Shown here piece after piece: positions 17,450-23,711 of a stretch of DNA of 33,061 nucleotides. Under the pieces are notes generated by a model. That model saw only the letters and a program-made list of their open reading frames with translations. It did no database searches and had not been told where the DNA came from. Origin of the DNA: a virus; the IMG/VR virus record IMGVR_UViG_3300044821_000201, one strand, 5' to 3'. Numbering within the stretch: the stretch's first letter is position 1; each line of letters opens with the position of its first letter. Position numbers and translations under genes: made by a program.

Positions 17450-17517
17450 GCCGGCTCGGTCATGGGACCACCATCTTTTGTAATGATGTCAGGACGGTTC
17501 GATCCCGTCAGTCGGCT
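17450..17517 (+). tRNA. tRNA-Thr(TGT), compressed D-arm
   Basis: Acceptor gccggct/agtcggc. T-arm gacgg-TTCGATC-ccgtc. Anticodon loop uuUGUaa on catc/gatg stem with U-U at 31:39. 68 nt. Confidence 0.4.
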
Positions 17518-17560
17518 CCGTCCCCCGGCAGACGGGGCGAAAGACATAGTCTGCCTCCAG

Positions 17561-17632
17561 GGCCCATTCGACCACTGGCTAAGTCGGCGGTCTTTCCAAC
17601 CGCAGAACGGGGATCGATACCCCGATGGGTCA
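17561..17632 (+). tRNA. tRNA-Glu(TTC)
   Basis: Acceptor ggcccat/atgggtc. D-stem gac/gtc. Anticodon arm gcggt-cuUUCca-accgc. Unusual T-loop ATCGATA in cgggg/ccccg stem. Confidence 0.5.
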
Positions 17633-17674
17633 CCGCGCGGGCACAAGCCAACCGCTTTAAAAACTCGCACCGAC

Positions 17675-17747
17675 TAATCAATCTGTCTCGAAAGCTAACC
17701 TGGTGGAAGCATCCGGCTGAAAACCGGAGGGTGTCGGTTCGATCCCG
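17675..17747 (+). tRNA. tRNA-Phe(GAA)
   Basis: Acceptor gtctcga/tcgagac. Anticodon arm tccgg-cuGAAaa-ccgga. T-arm gtcgg-TTCGATC-ccgac. Confidence 0.7.
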
Positions 17748-18433
17748 ACTCGAGACACAGAGTATCTTGAGTGTCCTTTCAAGTGTTTTCTGACGGCGTT
17801 GTCGGAAACCCCGAGAAAAGTGCCTGCTCCCCTGAAACCGAGTTCGCGGACCATACTAACGAGGTGATCGCGGCTTGGCCATACCACTTTGAATTTTGTA
17901 CCGACTTTCGATATGTGATCACAGGCCACACACGACTTAGCACTTTTACTTATGGCCGCTCCGCATAGGCAGTGTTTTCTGATTTTCTTCTTTTTTCCGC
18001 GGGAATAGGTCGGTGTCTGAGAGTGACAATTTGGACATAACAGACGAAGATTTGACAGTAGGTAATTTCTCCTGTCGCCGTCCACATGGTCGAGTTGGAG
18101 GGTTATTTTCTGACCCATCCAATCAACTAACTTGCATTTACTGCATTCATTCGGCAAAATCCCGGCCTTCACCAGCCTATTTTTGATACTACTGCTCCCA
18201 TTCGAATCTTTACAGAGGAGTTCGGAAAGAGGTCTCGGCCGTGATAATGTCTGGACGTACGGCAATAGATGTGATGTATTCAGTCCGAGCCTTAATATGT
18301 GCCTATCCAGGCTTCGAAAATTTCCAGCGCCATGAGAACTCAAACCGAGTTTTCTTATTGTTTCGGCCTTAGAGAGACTCGTCGATAGAGCGATCCTTAA
18401 CTGATGGTCAGTCCATTTTCTTATGGGCATCAT
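17678..18433 (-). CDS. HNH homing endonuclease (N-terminal HNH, C-terminal Zn-finger/HTH-like DNA-binding region, I-HmuI-like layout)
   Basis: Motif DHVDGDRRNYLLSNLRLLCPNCHSQT. Low-GC island. The 3' end overlaps tRNA-Phe on the opposite strand; C-terminal ...RVGIEPTPSGF is the reverse-strand translation of the tRNA T-arm. Confidence 0.8.
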   Translation of the reverse strand: MMPIRKWTDHQLRIALSTSLSKAETIRKLGLSSHGAGNFRSLDRHILRLGLNTSHLLPYVQTLSRPRPLSELLCKDSNGSSSIKNRLVKAGILPNECSKCKLVDWMGQKITLQLDHVDGDRRNYLLSNLRLLCPNCHSQTPTYSRGKKKKIRKHCLCGAAISKSAKSCVACDHISKVGTKFKVVWPSRDHLVSMVRELGFRGAGTFLGVSDNAVRKHLKGHSRYSVSRVGIEPTPSGFQPDASTRLAFETD

Positions 18434-18464
18434 AGAACGTTACCGTTTCAACTGGTTCGACGTT

Positions 18465-18538
18465 CGGAGTGCGGGCTCAAGGCGGGCCGCCTGATTTGGG
18501 ATCAGGATATCAGGTGAGTTCGATTCTCACCACTCCGA
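18465..18538 (+). tRNA. tRNA-Pro(TGG)
   Basis: Acceptor cggagtg/cactccg. Anticodon arm cctga-uuUGGga-tcagg. T-arm gtgag-TTCGATT-ctcac. Confidence 0.55.
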
Positions 18539-18543
18539 CGAAC

Positions 18544-18615
18544 GGGTTCCTAGTGTAGTGGTCTGCACAGCTGATTGTGGCTCAGCTAGTCCGGGTCCGA
18601 TTCCCGGGGTTCCCT
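18544..18615 (+). tRNA. tRNA-His(GTG)-like, defective acceptor stem
   Basis: Anticodon arm gctga-uuGUGgc-tcagc. D-stem gtg/cac. T-arm ccggg-TCCGATT-cccgg. Acceptor gggttcc/ggttccc has tandem U-U mismatches and no G-1. Confidence 0.35.
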
Positions 18616-18619
18616 CAAC

Positions 18620-18689
18620 GCTCCCGCCGGCGGATCCGGTGGACCCTTTCCTAAAGGGACTTACGAAGGCTCGACCCCTTCCGGGAGCG
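18620..18689 (+). tRNA. tRNA-Arg(CCT)
   Basis: Acceptor gctcccg/cgggagc shared with other Arg tRNAs. Anticodon loop uuCCUaa on a 4-bp stem. Atypical T-loop CTCGACC (stem gaagg/ccttc). 70 nt. Confidence 0.45.
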
Positions 18690-18761
18690 CAAAAGACGGC
18701 TGGATCTTCCTAACGGGTCGCACCCGGAGGTGCCGGTGGACCGGCAAACAAATCAGCCCAT

Positions 18762-18833
18762 GCCTCGTGAGCCAGCAAGTGTGGGCACCCGCCTGTCGAG
18801 CGGAGGAGAGGGGAGCGTTACCCCTACGGGGCG
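18762..18833 (+). tRNA. tRNA-Asp(GTC) with noncanonical T-loop AGCGTTA
   Basis: Acceptor gcctcgt/acggggc. Anticodon loop cuGUCga. T-arm agggg-AGCGTTA-cccct. Confidence 0.45.
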
Positions 18834-18837
18834 CTAT

Positions 18838-18909
18838 AGGTCTGAGGCTTAGGTAGCCGGCGAGACTCCAAATCTCGCGACGACGTGGTTCGATTCCACG
18901 CAGACCTGC
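18838..18909 (+). tRNA. tRNA-Trp(CCA)
   Basis: Acceptor aggtctg/cagacct. Anticodon arm cgaga-cuCCAaa-tctcg. T-arm cgtgg-TTCGATT-ccacg. Confidence 0.6.
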
Positions 18910-18923
18910 AGGAAGAGCATAAC

Positions 18924-18994
18924 GGGGATGGACGCGGAAGGCCGCTGGCTTCTCCTGCAAAGAAGCCGTCAGGGAGCGTTACCCTGCATCTCCA
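18924..18994 (+). tRNA. tRNA-Ala(TGC)-like with noncanonical T-loop AGCGTTA
   Basis: Acceptor ggggatg/catctcc with G3-U70. Anticodon arm cttct-ccUGCaa-agaag. T-arm caggg-AGCGTTA-ccctg. Confidence 0.45.
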
Positions 18995-19000
18995 CGAAAC

Positions 19001-19071
19001 GCCGTCTCAGCACGATGGTCGTGCTCTCCCCTGGTATGGGAGCGGATCGGGTTCGACTCCCGAAGGCGGCT
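19001..19071 (+). tRNA. tRNA-Thr(GGT)
   Basis: Acceptor gccgtct/aggcggc. D-arm gcac-gatggtc-gtgc. Anticodon arm ctccc-cuGGUau-gggag. T-arm tcggg-TTCGACT-cccga. Confidence 0.65.
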
Positions 19072-19122
19072 CCGGCGGTCCCGAAAGCCTCGCTCCGGCG
19101 ACGGCGAGTAGGGACGGCCAAT

Positions 19123-19193
19123 GCGACCTTGGCCGAATGGTTAGGCCTCTGCCTTCCAAGCAGAAGAAGCGGGTTCGATTCCCGCAGGTCGCT
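19123..19193 (+). tRNA. tRNA-Gly(TCC)
   Basis: Acceptor gcgacct/aggtcgc. Anticodon arm tctgc-cuUCCaa-gcaga. T-arm gcggg-TTCGATT-cccgc. Confidence 0.65.
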
Positions 19194-19205
19194 CTCCGCC
19201 ATGAG

Positions 19206-19278
19206 CGCGGGCAAGGCCGACTGGTGAGGCGGAAATCTGCCAAGTTTTCACAGGAGGGTCCGATCCCCTCTGCCCGCT
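19206..19278 (+). tRNA. tRNA-Gly(GCC)
   Basis: Acceptor gcgggca/tgcccgc. Anticodon arm gaaat-cuGCCaa-gtttt. T-arm gaggg-TCCGATC-ccctc. Confidence 0.55.
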
Positions 19279-19285
19279 CCGAGAC

Positions 19286-19357
19286 GACGCGCAGCACTGG
19301 CCCGTGCTGAGAGGTCTGCAAAACCGCTACGGCCCGGTCCGATTCCGGGGCGCGTCT
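19286..19357 (+). tRNA. tRNA-Cys(GCA)
   Basis: Acceptor gacgcgc/gcgcgtc. D-stem gcac/gtgc. Anticodon arm gaggt-cuGCAaa-accgc. T-arm cccgg-TCCGATT-ccggg. Confidence 0.55.
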
Positions 19358-19364
19358 CCGACAT

Positions 19365-19432
19365 GCTCCCGCCGTTGGACGGCGATGGGTCTTCTAAGCC
19401 CGCTCGGCCAGGTTCGAATCCTGGCGGGAGCG
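19365..19432 (+). tRNA. tRNA-Arg(TCT), reduced D-arm
   Basis: Acceptor gctcccg/cgggagc. Anticodon arm tgggt-cuUCUaa-gcccg. T-arm ccagg-TTCGAAT-cctgg. 68 nt. Confidence 0.45.
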
Positions 19433-19443
19433 CGACACGACAC

Positions 19444-19515
19444 GCCCCGTTCGACTACTGGCTAGGTCGGGACCCTCTCAAGGTCCAGGAACCGGATCGA
19501 TACCGGTACGGGGTG
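19444..19515 (+). tRNA. tRNA-Glu(CTC)
   Basis: Acceptor gccccgt/acggggt. D-stem gac/gtc. Anticodon arm ggacc-cuCUCaa-ggtcc. T-loop ATCGATA (as in tRNA-Glu(TTC)). Confidence 0.55.
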
Positions 19516-19533
19516 CCGCACTGCACGAGAAAC

Positions 19534-19604
19534 GTCCCCGCCTAGGGATTTAGGCATTGACGCTACGAACGTCGACTGCGCAGGCTCGACTCCTGCCGGG
19601 GACT
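19534..19604 (+). tRNA. tRNA-Arg(ACG)
   Basis: Acceptor gtccccg/cggggac. Anticodon arm tgacg-cuACGaa-cgtcg. T-arm gcagg-CTCGACT-cctgc. D-stem ccta/tagg abuts the acceptor stem. Confidence 0.5.
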
Positions 19605-19615
19605 CCGACACACAA

Positions 19616-19684
19616 GCTCTCGCCGGCGGATCCGGCCCTGCCCCTCCGAAGGGCGGACATGCTGTTCGACTCAGCACGGGAGCG
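19616..19684 (+). tRNA. tRNA-Arg(CCG)
   Basis: Acceptor gctctcg/cgggagc. Anticodon arm tgccc-cuCCGaa-gggcg. T-arm tgctg-TTCGACT-cagca. 69 nt. Confidence 0.5.
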
Positions 19685-19685
19685 C

Positions 19686-19759
19686 TGCGGGCGAGTGAAA
19701 CGGTTTACACACTGGGCTCATAACCCACGTAACAGCTGGTTCGACTCCAGTGCCCGCTA
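19686..19759 (+). tRNA. tRNA-Met(CAT), initiator-like
   Basis: Anticodon arm tggg-cuCAUaa-ccca with three consecutive G-C pairs (initiator hallmark). Acceptor tgcgggc/gcccgct with 1:72 mismatch. T-arm gctgg-TTCGACT-ccagt. Confidence 0.5.
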
Positions 19760-19760
19760 C

Positions 19761-19829
19761 GGTGGCAACGCAAGGCGCGACGCGGCTCTCATAAGGCCGG
19801 CGGCTGTGGTTCAAGTCCACGTGCCACCA
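19761..19829 (+). tRNA. tRNA-Met or Ile2 (CAT), elongator type
   Basis: Acceptor ggtggca/tgccacc. Anticodon arm cggct-cuCAUaa-ggccg. T-arm tgtgg-TTCAAGT-ccacg. Short D-arm. 69 nt. Confidence 0.5.
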
Positions 19830-19830
19830 C

Positions 19831-19902
19831 TCCAGGGTGGTGTAGCGGAAGCATGCAGGCCTTTGAAGCCTTGCGACCCGCGTTCGAATCGCGGACCTGG
19901 AA
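19831..19902 (+). tRNA. tRNA-Gln(TTG)
   Basis: Acceptor tccaggg/acctgga (G-A at 7:66). D-stem gtgt/gcat. Anticodon loop cuUUGaa. T-arm ccgcg-TTCGAAT-cgcgg. Confidence 0.5.
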
Positions 19903-19906
19903 CTAT

Positions 19907-19978
19907 CGGAGACAACGCTCAGGGTGGGCGGCGCCGTTCGGGGCGGTGTGTTGGCGGGTTCGATCCCCGCGTCTCCGA
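19907..19978 (+). tRNA. tRNA-Pro(CGG)
   Basis: Acceptor cggagac/gtctccg. Anticodon arm cgccg-uuCGGgg-cggtg. T-arm gcggg-TTCGATC-cccgc. Confidence 0.6.
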
Positions 19979-19984
19979 CGACTC

Positions 19985-20058
19985 GCTGGACGAGAGCAGC
20001 AAGAGAAGCCGGCGGTCTTACAAGCCGCAGTCGCCCGGAGCGTTACCGGGGTCCAGCA
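19985..20058 (+). tRNA. tRNA-Val(TAC) with noncanonical T-loop AGCGTTA
   Basis: Acceptor gctggac/gtccagc. Anticodon arm gcggt-cuUACaa-gccgc. T-arm cccgg-AGCGTTA-ccggg. Weak D-arm. Confidence 0.45.
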
Positions 20059-20062
20059 CGAC

Positions 20063-20144
20063 GTCCGCTTGGTGGAATTGGCATACACAGCCGACTTAAA
20101 ACCGGCCGCCCTCGGGCATCCCGGATCGTTGCCGGGAGCGGACA
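20063..20144 (+). tRNA. tRNA-Leu(TAA)
   Basis: Acceptor gtccgct/agcggac. Anticodon loop cuUAAaa (A-C at 31:39). Long variable arm cgccctcgggcat. T-arm cccgg-ATCGTTG-ccggg. Confidence 0.5.
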
Positions 20145-20148
20145 CCGA

Positions 20149-20220
20149 CTGCCTCAACGCTCTGGTTGAGCTGCGGGGGCTTATATCTCTTGCGGGCCGG
20201 TCCGATTCCGGCGGGGCGGA
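20149..20220 (+). tRNA. tRNA-Ile(TAT)-like, probably degenerate
   Basis: Acceptor ctgcctc/ggggcgg (two G-U). D-stem gctc/gagc. T-arm gccgg-TCCGATT-ccggc. Anticodon arm ggggg-cuUAUau-ctctt is G-U rich. Confidence 0.3.
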
Positions 20221-20233
20221 CGGAGAGACTTAC

Positions 20234-20305
20234 GGAGCTGGACGGTCTGGTTGACCTTTGTCGCCTGATAAGCGACCCGGCCGTGTTCGAATCACGGCAG
20301 CTCCA
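20234..20305 (+). tRNA. tRNA-Ile(GAT)
   Basis: Acceptor ggagctg/cagctcc. D-stem ggtc/gacc. Anticodon arm gtcgc-cuGAUaa-gcgac. T-arm ccgtg-TTCGAAT-cacgg. Confidence 0.6.
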
Positions 20306-20309
20306 CTAC

Positions 20310-20385
20310 GCAGGATGAGCCAGCAAGCGAAGGCGCCAGCTCGACAAGCTGGAATAGCTGGGAGCGTTACCCAGATCCTGTACCA
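20310..20385 (+). tRNA. tRNA-Val(GAC) with noncanonical T-loop AGCGTTA
   Basis: Acceptor gcaggat/atcctgt. Anticodon arm ccagc-ucGACaa-gctgg (C33). T-arm ctggg-AGCGTTA-cccag. ACCA encoded. Confidence 0.45.
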
Positions 20386-20386
20386 T

Positions 20387-20469
20387 GCGCTCGTGGCGTA
20401 ATAGAAGCCGCGCTACGTTCAGACCGTAGTGGTCGCGAGACCGTCAAGGTGCAAGTCCTTGCGAGCGCA
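20387..20469 (+). tRNA. tRNA-Leu(CAG)
   Basis: Acceptor gcgctcg/cgagcgc. Anticodon arm ctacg-uuCAGac-cgtag. Long variable arm tggtcgcgagaccgt. T-arm caagg-TGCAAGT-ccttg. Confidence 0.55.
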
Positions 20470-20478
20470 CGAACATAT

Positions 20479-20561
20479 CCCGACGTGGAGGAAAAGCAGA
20501 CTCGACATCCTGAGAAGGTGTTGGCCGCAAGGCCGTGCACGTGCAATTCGTGTCGTCGGGA
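20479..20561 (+). tRNA. tRNA-Leu(GAG)
   Basis: Acceptor cccgacg/cgtcggg. Anticodon arm acatc-cuGAGaa-ggtgt. Long variable arm tggccgcaaggccgt. T-arm gcacg-TGCAATT-cgtgt. Confidence 0.55.
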
Positions 20562-20565
20562 CTAT

Positions 20566-20654
20566 GCACATATGGCGAAATGCAAACGCATCTGATTCAA
20601 AACCAGACGGGGGTTAAACCCCCCTTGCCGGTTCAATCCCGGCTATGTGCACCA
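20566..20654 (+). tRNA. tRNA-Leu(CAA)
   Basis: Acceptor gcacata/tatgtgc. D-stem gcg/cgc. Anticodon loop uuCAAaa (A-C at 31:39). Variable arm with ggggg/ccccc stem. T-arm gccgg-TTCAATC-ccggc. ACCA encoded. Confidence 0.6.
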
Positions 20655-20828
20655 TGTTTCATCCAATAGCCCGGAGGTGGTGTTTCTATCCCCCTTGATT
20701 TACATCGCTTCTTTACCCCTGAAGAACTGACTCCTAAATTTTTCGCTATGGTTGTGGTCGGTTCTTTGAACAACATCAGTTGTAAGACCTCATCGGTCGG
20801 CCATGAAGTTTGTTTAAGGACCCTGAAT

Positions 20829-21347
20829 ATGTCTCACACGAGGACCCTTCTTCTCTCCCCCTGGTACGTCCCGATCAAGGTCCTGCGGTGGCAGGACGCA
20901 GTGAAGATGCGCTATGAGGGCACGGCCGAGGTGGTCGTGGAGTACGACGACGAGATCTCGTCCCCGTCAGTGACGTGGAGAATGCCGGCGGTCATGCGGC
21001 TGCGCAGGATGCCGAGCTCGCAGAAGCGCGGCGTGAAGTTCTCGCGCCTCAACGTGTACCAGAGGGACGGACATAGGTGCCAGTACTGCGGCGAGCGGTT
21101 CCCCCTCTCTTCCCTGTCCTACGACCACGTCGTACCCCGGGCCGCCGGCGGCCGGACGGACTGGACGAACATCGTCACCGCCTGCAAGCCGTGCAACACG
21201 AGGAAGGCGGACAAGAGCTGTGACGACTCGGGGATGTTCCCCCTCCGGCCGCCGGTGAGGCCGAGGTCGCTCCCGATGTCGGGGCCGGCCATCGATCCCG
21301 CCAGCGCCCCCGAGGAGTGGCTCGGGTTCGTCCGCGACCTGGTTTAG
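20829..21347 (+). CDS. HNH endonuclease
   Basis: Motif CQYCGERFPLSSLSYDHVVPRAAGGRTDWTNIVTACKPCNTRKAD. ATG at 20829 preferred over the ORF-track start at 20748. Low-GC leader. Confidence 0.8.
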   Translation: MSHTRTLLLSPWYVPIKVLRWQDAVKMRYEGTAEVVVEYDDEISSPSVTWRMPAVMRLRRMPSSQKRGVKFSRLNVYQRDGHRCQYCGERFPLSSLSYDHVVPRAAGGRTDWTNIVTACKPCNTRKADKSCDDSGMFPLRPPVRPRSLPMSGPAIDPASAPEEWLGFVRDLV

Positions 21348-21444
21348 AGCTACGCACGGAAGATGGACCGGCCAGGGGTCGGCGTCGCTTGGAAAGCGAA
21401 TGGAACCCGTAAGGGTTTGGGTTTCGAGTACCTCGTCTTCCGCA

Positions 21445-21523
21445 GAGGGTCTGGGCATGGCGCCAAACGGACCTTGAAAGTCCGCACATCTTATGATGAG
21501 CGTTCGATTCGCTGACCCTCTGC
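21445..21523 (+). tRNA. tRNA-Ser(TGA)
   Basis: Acceptor agagggt/accctct. Anticodon arm cggac-cuUGAaa-gtccg. Variable arm with catc/gatg stem. T-arm gagcg-TTCGATT-cgctg. Confidence 0.55.
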
Positions 21524-21540
21524 CGATGTCCCCATTCCCG

Positions 21541-21621
21541 GAAGGTGAATCCGCAGGGCGCGGAGCCCGGCTCGAAACCGGTGCGCACTTCACGGTGTGG
21601 CCTTCGATTGGTCCGCCTTCC
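21541..21621 (+). tRNA. tRNA-Ser(CGA)-like
   Basis: Acceptor gaaggtg/cgccttc. D-stem tccg/cgga. Anticodon loop cuCGAaa. ~15-nt variable arm. T-loop TTCGATT in a 4-bp stem (register irregular). Confidence 0.4.
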
Positions 21622-21630
21622 TCAACGACT

Positions 21631-21712
21631 GGAAACTGATTCCCCTGTGGAGGGGAGCGTGTTTGCTAAACACTGCGCGCGAAAGCGTGACGTTCGACTC
21701 GTCCTGTTTCCG
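21631..21712 (+). tRNA. tRNA-Ser(GCT)
   Basis: Acceptor ggaaact/tgtttcc (6 bp). D-stem cccc/gggg. Anticodon arm gtgt-uuGCUaa-acac. Variable arm cgc-GAAA-gcg. T-arm tgacg-TTCGACT-cgtcc. Confidence 0.5.
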
Positions 21713-21717
21713 CCTTC

Positions 21718-21785
21718 GCCGCCGTCTCTCGGAGAGCGTGCCCTTTCGTAATGGGTCCGGTCCGGTTCGACTCCGGACGGCGGCT
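21718..21785 (+). tRNA. tRNA-Thr(CGT), reduced D-arm
   Basis: Acceptor gccgccg/cggcggc. Anticodon loop uuCGUaa on a 4-bp stem. T-arm tccgg-TTCGACT-ccgga. 68 nt. Confidence 0.4.
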
Positions 21786-21888
21786 CTCGTCCACGTTCGG
21801 CCGTATGGTCTGACATGAAGTCGACCGAGAGAGACCAGGTCTACCAGCCCGACTGTTCCTGCCGTCCCGTCGTCGGGTTAGACGGGAG

Positions 21889-22224
21889 GTGGCCTTGGGG
21901 AGCGTCGTTGACGACATAAGACGGTCCGTGGGGGATGACATGACGTCCGATCCGGAGGACCCTCACAGGTGGACATTCGACTGCGGGATGATTCTCGGAC
22001 GAGAAGGTGTCATAGTCAACATGAAAGTATGGTGGTTCTGCCAGCTTTGCAAGACGAACGTCAGGGCCTCCTCCGAGGTGACCAGACGTCCGCATAGCAT
22101 GAACGTCGCCTACGACAAGATGGCTGCCCTTTCCACGCTCCGTGCTAGGGCTAATGCTGAAAGAGCTTCAGTCCATCCGCGCTGCTCCGAGATCCGGCTC
22201 ATCAAGCACGTGATGGAATCCTAG
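21889..22224 (+). CDS. hypothetical protein ending ...LIKHVMES
   Basis: ORF with recurrent C-terminal motif; N-terminal start uncertain. Confidence 0.4.
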   Translation: MALGSVVDDIRRSVGDDMTSDPEDPHRWTFDCGMILGREGVIVNMKVWWFCQLCKTNVRASSEVTRRPHSMNVAYDKMAALSTLRARANAERASVHPRCSEIRLIKHVMES

Positions 22225-22442
22225 CCCCTCGCCGCGGACCTCATCGCCTGCGGGATCAGGTCGGCCGCGATCCAGGTGTCCTCCTTGCACTCGGGGCACG
22301 TGAACGAGTAAGCGTTCCCGTCGCGCGGGTCGGCCTGGAACTTCAGGTCCTTGCCGCTCACCTCGAGGGTCGCCCGGCAGCTAGAACACTCGAAGCGCTC
22401 TGTTTTCTTCTTCCCGGACTTCGGGCTCTTGATCACCTTCAT
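22221..22442 (-). CDS. small zinc-ribbon protein (2x CxxC)
   Basis: FECSSCR...FTCPECK; convergent with upstream gene. Confidence 0.4.
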   Translation of the reverse strand: MKVIKSPKSGKKKTERFECSSCRATLEVSGKDLKFQADPRDGNAYSFTCPECKEDTWIAADLIPQAMRSAARG

Positions 22443-22998
22443 GGAATCTCCACACGGTCCAGGCTAAGGTCCAAATCTTGCGTCGAGCCGGTTCGGTTCC
22501 GGCGGACCCTGCGGATCACGGGCCGGACCTCTCGTCCGGGTCCCGCTCCCGCTTCGGGAGGATCATCCTCATGGCCATGACCGTCGCCGCTAGCGGGACT
22601 GTCACGGCGACGGAGAGGGCGGCGGAAGACACGAGTACGGCCCCGTAAAGGAAAAACCTGGTGGCCCTCTGAGCCTTCGTCCTGACTTCCACGCCCCACT
22701 CTACACGCCGGCGCAGCTCTCGAGGAGAGCCCGGTCCGTTGATCGAGAACGAGATTGGTTCGAATCCCGTCGATGACGCCGTCCTTGATGAGCGGGACAA
22801 GAGAAAAGTGAGAGGCCGTCCCCGTGCGAGCGCCGATTTCAAGTAGGCACGTCCGCAAGGACGGCCTCCTGACACCGGCCGGGTGATCGCCGGCGAGGAC
22901 AGGAGGGATGCCGGGGAAGGTCCGGCCGCCCGGGGACGGCCTCTCACTAACGTCCCCATCGTCTGGGAGCCAGGACGCTTTCTCTCATCGGCTCTGTA

Positions 22999-23340
22999 AT
23001 GTCCTTGATGTCCATGGTTATCCTCTACATCCGGCCGGAGGAAGGACCCCAGTCGGAGGTCCGGGCGTCCCGGGAAGCGAGTGAGGACGTCATGAAGGTC
23101 GAGGTCTTCAGGGGCGGGGAGGCGATAATCAAGCTGCTTGCCTGGTTCAGGAACGGGATGTGGACGCTCATGGACGACGGGGCGCTCGTGAAGAACGCCC
23201 CGACGGAGAGGGTGGCCGCGGTCCTGCAGGAACATATGGCCGAGAGGGGCGTCCGGGTTCCGAGGGACGAGCTTGTGGCGTCCCTCTCCCCCCTTTCAAT
23301 GGACGATGCGGCCGTCTTCCTCGAGGTCATGGAGTCTTGA
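22999..23340 (+). CDS. hypothetical protein ending ...AVFLEVMES
   Basis: ORF with recurrent C-terminal motif. Confidence 0.4.
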   Translation: MSLMSMVILYIRPEEGPQSEVRASREASEDVMKVEVFRGGEAIIKLLAWFRNGMWTLMDDGALVKNAPTERVAAVLQEHMAERGVRVPRDELVASLSPLSMDDAAVFLEVMES

Positions 23341-23456
23341 TCCTCCTCTCCTTTCCCGTCGTCGACGAGATATCTTCCACGGACCCGGTCACACTAGTGC
23401 TCGAGTACGAGCACGGGTCCTGCTGGCTCGAGGTCCTGAGGCTTGGCGTTCGCCTG

Positions 23457-23711
23457 ATGTCCAGGGGTAGCATCGTCTGGGATGACGGACAATGGTGTCG
23501 CCGCGGCACAAACCCGGAGCCGAAGGACACTAACATGTACGAGCTTACGAACGAGCCCATGTCGTCCGAGGAGGTCGCGGACCTGATATTCCGGGAGCTC
23601 CTGGTCGAGCCCTCGCTGGCGGGCCAGGTGCCAAGGTCTGCGATCCGGGCCGCCCTGGACGAGAGGCGGATGTCGGAGCTCTCCCTGGCGCTCGAGGTCC
23701 TCGAGTCCTAG
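23457..23711 (+). CDS. hypothetical protein ending ...LALEVLES
   Basis: In-frame ATG at 23457 after the upstream stop (a GTG/ATG further upstream is possible); variant of the C-terminal motif. Confidence 0.35.
   Translation: MSRGSIVWDDGQWCRRGTNPEPKDTNMYELTNEPMSSEEVADLIFRELLVEPSLAGQVPRSAIRAALDERRMSELSLALEVLES

Noticed and set aside
18690-18761. Spacer with two tight hairpins (cgggt-cgc-acccg; gccgg-tgga-ccggc) examined as a tRNA
   Set aside because: No cloverleaf; the loops are 3-4 nt.
16821-18960. ORFs lying over the tRNA array (16778-17119, 16821-17114, 17296-17793, 17404-17670, 18661-18960, 18885-19310, 19557-20099 and others)
   Set aside because: They overlap hand-folded tRNAs. Their GIEP/GVEP peptides are just the T-arm GGTTCGAnnCC translated on the opposite strand.
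18809-20375. Recurring GGAGCGTTACC motif considered as CRISPR repeats or a dispersed repeat family
   Set aside because: Only the 7-nt loop is conserved while the stems covary. Spacing is irregular, and each copy sits at the T-arm position of a full tRNA cloverleaf. This is not a CRISPR array.
22757-22767. Isolated GGTTCGAATCC T-loop-like 11-mer inside the 22516-23235 region
   Set aside because: No complementary acceptor or anticodon arms nearby. Possibly a tRNA fragment, not a gene.
22516-23235. 239-aa minus-strand ORF
   Set aside because: Mostly Arg/Pro junk antisense to 22999-23340. Only its last ~60 codons (hydrophobic ...FFLYGAVLVSSAALSVAVTVPLAATVMAM...) might be a small membrane protein, and support is too weak to call.
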